Source: Hormiphora californensis
Taxonomy: Eukaryota > Animalia > Ctenophora
Reading direction: 5' to 3'
Length of the DNA: 64,000 nt
Assembly: GCA_020137815.1 (NCBI GenBank)
Contig: CM035350.1
Location: 6,634,001-6,698,000, forward strand
Position 1 is the first letter of the stretch. Each line of letters starts with the position of its first letter. The notes beneath the pieces were generated by a model that was not told the DNA's origin, did not search any database, and saw only the letters and a program-made list of their open reading frames with translations. Shown here in pieces: positions 57,001 to 64,000 of the stretch. The position numbers were made by a program, and so were the translations under genes.

Positions 57001-59660
57001 TTCCACGATAGAAATTTATCCTGGTTTTCATGAGAAATCTGGATGTTTCTTTCATAGCTTTATTCAGAGCTGTTCTAGCTTCTTGTGTTCTTCTTCTTCG
57101 TGGAGTCTTTCAAGGTCGTCTTCAGAGCTCTTTCTCGTGTCCTGCGGGAGGTTTTAGCTTCCTCACATAGAGTATCATACCAAGGTGGGTGATCCGAGTC
57201 TTTAATAACCTTTTCCTGTAGTGGAGCTATCTCATCCCGTATTTATCGAAGTGAGACGTTGTACAGGTTGAGACACCCTTCCAGTGTAGAGGGACGTGGG
57301 ATTGACATCAGCTGTGACTCATCTATTTTCATAGATAGGACCTCAACAGTGAGCTTTTTCATGTTTCTGCACAGAACAGCTTTTCTTTCTTGCTGAATTG
57401 GTTTTCCGACGTGTAAGTAGAATGTGACAGCATAATGGTCTGAAACGGAGGATTTTGCAACCTCGACTGCACTAATCCTAGGTGAAGCTTCATCATCTCT
57501 GCTTATCACTAAGTCCAATGTACCGCCACTTTCGTGGGTTGGATCCTCGACATGCTGTGTCCATCTCTCATCTACAAGCAAATCACGGAAGGAGTTTGAA
57601 GTATGATCATCGTCATCCTCAGTATGGATATTGAAATCGCCCAAGATAACAGGGTGTCCACTGAGGCCGTTTAGTGACGATATGTACTCTTCGAATTCTA
57701 CCAAGAAATCCTTTTTGGAAGAGGAAGGAGGTCTGTATACCACCACCAATCTAGTTTTCTGAAGATACCCGCCTTCGATCGTAGCTTCGATACATTCAAA
57801 AGTTGTTGGTTTGTTCTTAGTCTTGATAGGTATTACACGTAATGCTTTCCTCGCTAAGATAGCGACGCCGCCTCCTCTTGCCCCTCTTGCCGAACTATAG
57901 AGATTGTATCCTAATTCTTTCATCAGTGCAGGGGTGACTACGTCACCGTCTTCTAGCCAGGTTTCTGTCAAACCGAGTACGTCAAGGTCAAGATCGCAGC
58001 ACGCCCCGTAGATTTCACCAAGTTTGTTGTTCATCGATCTGCAGTTTAGATTGCCGTATTTGAGAGCAAGGTGCTGCGTTGACGGTAGTTTTTTGAAATA
58101 CGATCATAGTGCTCTTTGTACGTTGGGCATTTAGGTGAGCCAGCATGGTGAGGTTGAACATCTGAGGAGAGTCCTGAATTGTTGATACAGTTTTTACAGC
58201 GGTGTTTCTCAGTGTCCTCTTTCAGTGAACAGCTTTCAGTAGAATGCTCTTCTGCACAATACATACATGTCGCTGGATGGGATTTCTTCGGGCATTTATC
58301 AGGGTAGTGGCCAAGGGCTTGGCAGTGAGGACATCTCTTGATGTGTACACGATGAGACACTCTGACGGAAGACATTTGGAAGAAGACCCTACCGTCAGAC
58401 ATAAGCTTGTCCTTCAGCTGCACTGGTAGTTTCAGGACAACTGTGGCTAGGTCCGGGTCTGTATGCATGCGTTTGAAATAGACAACGGAAAGGTCTTTGC
58501 AGGTTCTCAGAACTTCATTCTTCGCTGTTAGCTTTTCGAGACAGAATTTTCTACATTCCTCCGTTGTGGCATCTCTTGGGAGTGACTCAACAGGGACAAA
58601 CCTGAGTTCTACTTTTGACATTACCTCAGCGGACACTCTGGCAGTTTGCTCTAGCACTCCTGCAGTCTTCAAACATTCTGTGGCCAATTGTTGACATTCC
58701 TCATTGGGAAACCACACTCTTACCGAGGAAGAAAAGTTCCTTGCTTGAGAGATAGGTATATTTTCCAAGGCTTTGTCGATAGCATTCCTCGTCTCCTTCA
58801 CATCATCACAGTGGATCGTCAATCGAGGCTGGGGTGGAAGTACTTTTCTCGGTGTAACCTTAGGAGGGGTTTGGTTTTGGACACCTGAACGAGTTGTATC
58901 ATTGTTAGTTCTGTCGGTGGATGTTGTGCCGGTGCGTTGAAGTGAGGAGCTACTGTTGGATGAGGGTAGCGGTGGAAAATGTTCATTGTTCAAGATGCCC
59001 ATAGTGGTTTCAGATTGAACGGGAGTGGTTGTTGGTTGCCATGCGTTAACAGTTGAATCAAGGTGAGAGTTGTTATGGATGTTTGATTGGTCAGCCATCA
59101 GTTTAGCTGCTTTAGTCGCAATAGCGTCAAACAAGGGACTACCGGCTCGAAGAAGCTGGGCAGTAACGATACACTCCGGGCAAACCCAGTCATCAACGCA
59201 TAAAAGGCCCTCTTCAGAGATTTCAAGGAATTTGCTCAGGGATTTCAAGCTAACGCACTCGTCATGGTAGCAGCATTTGCACGTGATACACTTGATCATA
59301 CGCCCACTTGATTTGGTCCCATTGCATAGACATTGTTGAGCGGATGTGAAATGGCGTGGAGTTTGAATTGGCATTGAAAAGTTATTGGTTCGTGGAGGCG
59401 TTGATAGATGATTTGCAGGGTTGGGATGGGCAAGGGTTTGGACAGTGATTGCCTTAGGGGTGGTGGTTGGATCATCGAACGGTGAAAATTCCGTCCCACT
59501 TCTTGTCGTGGACATGATGGATATGCAGGATTCACTAGTGGAGTGGGGATCGAGGGGATTGTGTGTACTCACAGTTGTCGTTGTTGGCTGCAAAAGGAGT
59601 AGATACCAGTGACTTGATCGTAATTATCACAGGATATCTCAGGTTATCTCAGGTTATCGA
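54036..59660 (-). mobile_element. Near full-length CR1/L2-group LINE. ORF1 58046-59593; ORF2 (APE endonuclease + RT) 58034-55181, split by frameshifts
   Basis: ORF1 has a PHD finger (CLC..CITC..YHDECV..WVCPEC) and three CCHC knuckles. APE motifs LTETWL, GDFNIH, TLDLV and SDHY. RT motifs NYRPVSNL, LDLSAAFDT, PQGSILGP and YADD. AATAAA plus an (ATTTGT)n tail at 54036-54071; whether 54036-54480 belongs to the element is less certain. Confidence 0.92.
54490..54810. repeat. 53-bp tandem repeat, about 6 copies, in the LINE 3' region
   Basis: acttctataagtaaagcccaacacactccactgcaccacaccatactggctg units. Confidence 0.9.
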
Positions 59661-60155
59661 CGTATCACATATCTATGGCTTTCGCCTCAATAAATAGTTT
59701 TACGTTGTAGTTGATGAAAGTTTGAAACCGGGCCCACTGCGTGCGTGCTAAAAACATCATCCCGGGTGATTGCCTTCGGCAATCACCCAGACAGGGAAAA
59801 AAATGCCAGTTATCAATACAAATCAGCATTATATTAGCAACCGTGAACCCATAGTCCCAAGGTCGGTGAGCGAAGTTGCCAGCGGAAGCCTTATCGAAAA
59901 TATGATTGCTTGCGGAGGCCTGTGAAACTTTCTTTTTTATCAAACTGGTTTTCCGCATTGCATTCGCGCGCTACGTTTAAAATGATAAAATGCGTCGCAG
60001 TTTGTCAGGCCAAGACGCCAACGCGCCGCGCGGCCCAGCTCAGCGCGCGGCCGGGGACATTTGGGCGCGATTATAATCTGGGTGCCTTGCAGCCTGTTTA
60101 CAGGTGCGCGCTGCCAAAAGAGTATACTTAGACCGACTTTTTTCAAACGGCTATA

Positions 60156-60670
60156 GGGATCCCTAAAAAAGTTCAGTAAAGTCGGATTTTTTGAAACTGT
60201 CACCCCCCTGGGTATTTTCAAATTTCGTAAATGACCATAAATCCGGTTCCTGACGAGATAGAGACTTGAAATTTGGAGGTTACGAAGATCTTGCTAAGTT
60301 CTTCCGAACCTCCAAATTTCAAGTCTCTATCTCATCAGGAACCGGAGATATGGCAAATTTTGTTATTTCAGGGGGTGACAGTTTCAAAAAATCCGACTTT
60401 ATTTACACAGAGTTTACACAGTCTTTACTCAGTCGTTACACCCAGAGCGGCGCGTGCTGCGCACAGTGGCTTTTTCCAAGAAAATATTGGATAGTGTGCT
60501 GCACAATTGACAAAATTGAGCGCCGCGGCGAAAAAAGTTTCCGAAAACGCTGCAAATCGAGTGCGAAAGACGCAGTCGTTACACCCAGAGCGGCGCGGGC
60601 GCTCTGGGTGTAACGACTGAGTAAAGACTGTGTAAACTCTGTGTAAATACTGAACTTTTTTAGGGATCCC
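60156..60670. mobile_element. MITE with GGGATCCCTAAAAAAGTTCAGTA TIRs and TA TSD; longer relative of 38675-38966
   Basis: Shares TIRs and the internal block ttacacccagagcggcgcg. Carries an extra internal inverted repeat at 60178-60400. Confidence 0.8.
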
Positions 60671-60719
60671 TATAGCCATGGAACCACATGGCCGATTTGT
60701 GTAAACTAAACGGTATCAG

Positions 60720-61475
60720 TTAGAGAATCGATAGCCCTAACCGGTAACCCCAAACCAAACCCTAACCAGACCCTAACGGATAGCCCTAACCCGTCGCGCG
60801 CGCCAAAACTACGAATTGTTAGCAATGAAAGGCACCCAGATTTTAACGTTTTCCGGGACATTTTGGGTGTTCCGCGAGTGCTGACAAACGGTTTTTTAGG
60901 GTTTTTTCCCTTTTTTTTAGGGTTTTTTTTCTGTTTTTTAGGGTTAGGGCTAAAGTAGGGTTAGGGTTAGTTTTGGGGTTTGGGTGGGGTTAGGCCTTGA
61001 CATTTCCTACCAGATAAACTTTGAATTAGCCAAAACGGTTGAGTGGTTTGGCGGTTTGGGGTGGGGTTAGGCTTTGACATTTCCTACCATATAAACTTTG
61101 AATTAGCCAAAACGGTTGAGTGGTTTGGAGGTTAGAGCCATTTTAGTGAATCAACTTTTTTGGAAGCGCGCACCTGTAAACAGGCCACCAAACACCCAGA
61201 TAATCTGGGTCAGATCGTAACGGCGCCCGTTCCGTGAGTGCTGACGATTTTTAGGGTTAGGGCTAAAGTAGGGCTAGGATTAGAGCTGTGGTTTGAGTTG
61301 GAGTTAGGGCTTGTAAACACCCAGATCTTACTGCCGTCGTATGGGGCCGGGTGAACTGTGAACATGGCAAACGTTAAAATCTGGGTGTTTTGAGTGTCAG
61401 CATCGCACTCACGGTTTTCACTGTGTTATGACTAAAGTAGGATTAGGATAACCGGTTAGGCCTTAGGGTTTTAAC
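60720..61475. repeat. Repeat family with short degenerate TTAGGG-like tracts; a related stretch is at 36720-37000
   Basis: ccctaacc/ggttaggg tracts mixed with shared motifs (ctgggtg, ctcacggtttt, ctaaagtagggttagg). Confidence 0.55.
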
Positions 61476-61757
61476 CAATCACAGCTCAGAACAGCTCTTG
61501 CACACACACGTGACCTATTTCATAAGATCTGTTCTGAGCTGTGCATACCTGAACATTTCCGAGATTCCTGATGGCATTGGATATATGCGTTTTTGGAGCA
61601 TGCTGCATGAATCATCTTATTTTGTGTCTGACGAATCCCCGGATATCAGACGTTCCACAACTGACATGCCAGATCAGTGATCAGTCGGATCTAACTTTAT
61701 AGATTTTCCAAATCCCATTGCTACGGTAACCTTTATCCCTTCTCTCCTTCCCAGGAC

Positions 61758-63442
61758 ATGGATACAGAACTAGCAGACAAACTTCTCGAAGACTCAGATG
61801 TACACCACTCTGATCTCCCACTCAACTTCGGCGAGGACTTACAGGACGTGACAAGGATGAATGACATATCCATCACCACGAAGGAAGGGACGATCGTCTT
61901 GGCCAATTCCATGATTCTCTCCCTGAATAGCGCTGTGGTCTTAACCAGGGTTTTGGAGCAAGAAAAGGTGACTGGGCAAAAAAGAACTCGCTCCAGTGTC
62001 ACTCTACCAAAGCCGCTGGAGCTTGATTTAACAGAGTTCACTGAGAAAACTGTCCGTGATTTTGTCAGTCTTTGCTACGGCGGAGGTCATTCCACCATGT
62101 ATATTGGAGAAGAAAACCGCCGAGAGTTTTTCAAGATTGCTAAAGATCTAAAGGTCGAATGGATGGTTAGACATGTCTTAGAGGAATACGAGGAAGGTTG
62201 GTGGACCCAGACGTTTGAAAAGGACTGGAGTAGGTTCTGTGAGGCAGCCTGAGTTACTTCACATGTACGGCTGGGACAGTGAACTTTTTATTACACCATT
62301 AATTACCGAAGAGGACACAACTTTAGCGTAATAAGCTAATCAACCATGCTATGCAAAAGAGGAACGAGCTGCCGGGAAACTGCATAACTCTGTGTACACG
62401 GTTATCTCTTTTGCAAACGTTCACCTGAGTTCCTCACGCTAAAAGTTCCGAATGAACCACTGTACAGTGAACGAGCGACTCCTTTTCACAGAGAGATACC
62501 TTGGGGATCTGAAACTTGTTGAAAGATGGAAATGAGGTTTTCAAAAAGGTCGTGGAGTTGGCTAAGACTTTTAACGATATAGAGACCAAAGCAGCGGTTC
62601 AGAAAGCTCTCAAGCGCAAGCGATTGCCTACAAAGAAAGGCGGACCGAAATCTCTAACATCATCATCTAAGCGTACAGTTCCAGTTCCAACTTTTCTAAA
62701 TGGAGCCGAGTTGCTAAAGTGTACCAATCCGGTCGACCTACTTGAGGCGTTGCTTAAGGATAAACGAGTGACCACATTCCAATTATTTATTGATGCTGTT
62801 CTTTTCTGGGAGTTTTTCAAGGGGTTTGAGTTTGATAGGAGCACCGGTAAATCGTCATTAAAAAGTCTTCTATGGTTATTCAGCCCAGATGCACGGCGGC
62901 TTCTGGCGAAAGCGGCGGCGGATAATAAACTTGGGATAACTAAAACTTCGGTTCCCTTTGAGCTATTTAATAACAACGGGCAGACTTTCAGTAGAAAATG
63001 CTGGAATCTCTTTCGTCCTTCGAATGATTGTAAAATGAGTTGCTTTACTGCTCTGAAGGGAACCTTAAAATTTTCGATTTCGGACTGGATGATACAGATG
63101 GCTTACGGATTCCCACTTACTCGGACGGAAAAGAAGGGTGAACCTTGCGAAGCGGGATCTGGGGAGTGCCGAGTAATGTTTTATTTCAATTGTGGACACT
63201 CCAAACCTATCATTATCAGAAATTTGGGGCATGATGATCCAGCAAAGGACTGCCACTATCACAAGTTAGAGAACTTTCATCTCTATCTTCATATTACGGG
63301 TGTTGAAGATGGTTTCACTTATCTGCTACCACTTTCCTGGTGGAATGGAGACTGGCAAGTCTTTGAAAAGATTGTTCAGATCCCAGGGATGGAAGCTGAG
63401 CTGTACTTGTGCCTGCCAGAAAACTCCTGGGACGATAACTAG
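61758..63442 (+). CDS. BTB/POZ-like domain protein, two coding blocks (61758-about 62250 and about 62492-63442); junction disrupted or unresolved
   Basis: DISITTKEGTIVLANSMILSLNS...LDLTEFTEKTVRDFVSLCY...FFKIAKDLKVEW is a BTB-like pattern. Acceptors at ttcccag (61755) and ttttcacag (62491). A 308-aa ORF lies downstream. Confidence 0.55.
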
Positions 63443-63614
63443 TAGAGCGTTCTAGTCGGACAGGCGGTTTTATAGGTGTTTCATGAAATACGTTTTAAAA
63501 TCTGTTTTATAAAGCCTGTTGTCTGGCTCCAATTAGACTGGTAGCATGGTATTCAAAGCAGGACAGATGATCTGGGCCGGGGCATGATGATCCAGCGGAT
63601 AACTGCCACTATCA

Positions 63615-63835
63615 CAGGTAGCATACAATAATGCCTACGGTCAATAATGCCTACACCCTAAAACACCTAATTAGAGGTGGAGGGTAGGCAAAACTGCTTG
63701 TAGGCATTATCGTCAACACCAGGGGGGTAAACCGCAGTTTTGCCTACGGTACATAATGCCTACCATGTAGGCAAAACTGTGATTTTACCACTGATGTTGA
63801 CAATAATGCCTACGAGCAGTGTAGGCAGTATTGCA
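63615..63835. repeat. MITE-like cluster of aataatgcctac / gtaggcatta subterminal repeats
   Basis: Direct and inverted copies of the motif are visible. Confidence 0.5.
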
Positions 63836-64000
63836 TTGCAGTTGACAACTCGCTAAGGATATCTCGATTCGGTATATATTTACCAATCTTTCATTCTCTT
63901 TTCTATCAATATATAGAAATATATATATTGATAGAGACTGAAATAGAAGAGAGAGAGAGAGAGAGACTGAAAATAGAAGAGAGAGAGGAGGAGGAGATAG

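Noticed and set aside
60730-61470. Telomere or interstitial telomeric array
   Set aside because: Only 2-3 degenerate TTAGGG units at a time, embedded in a dispersed repeat that also occurs at 36.9 kb.

Overview
Eukaryotic, intron-rich and repeat-rich animal genomic DNA, most likely from a ctenophore of the Pleurobrachia/Hormiphora group. That call rests on two sequences at 40.8-40.9 kb that match the Pleurobrachiidae spliced leaders (SL) as I recall them, and on a nested intronic gene. Genes built by hand from GT-AG exons: the 3' part of HEATR4 (+) with an intronless OSTalpha/TMEM184-family gene nested antisense in one intron; an intronless ferroportin with a frameshift (+); an unannotated 131-aa secreted peptide precursor (-); a ZnT2-type zinc transporter (-); a BASS4/SLC10A7-like Na+/solute symporter (+); Acinus/ACIN1 (+); SYCP2 (-); and a BTB-like gene (+). 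Mobile DNA: a near full-length CR1/L2-group LINE, a second LINE fragment, a solo LTR, a Penelope-like pLTR with a hammerhead ribozyme, two 1.56-kb foldback elements, two Academ-like MITEs and several smaller MITEs. The main find is a 315-bp insertion, flanked by a 13-bp target-site duplication (TSD), in the first coding intron of ACIN1. It consists of two head-to-head copies of a hammerhead ribozyme, each joined directly at its CUGANGA core to a different spliced leader. This looks like reverse-transcribed, SL-trans-spliced ribozyme RNA. Single-base frameshifts in several otherwise intact genes suggest residual indel errors in the assembly.
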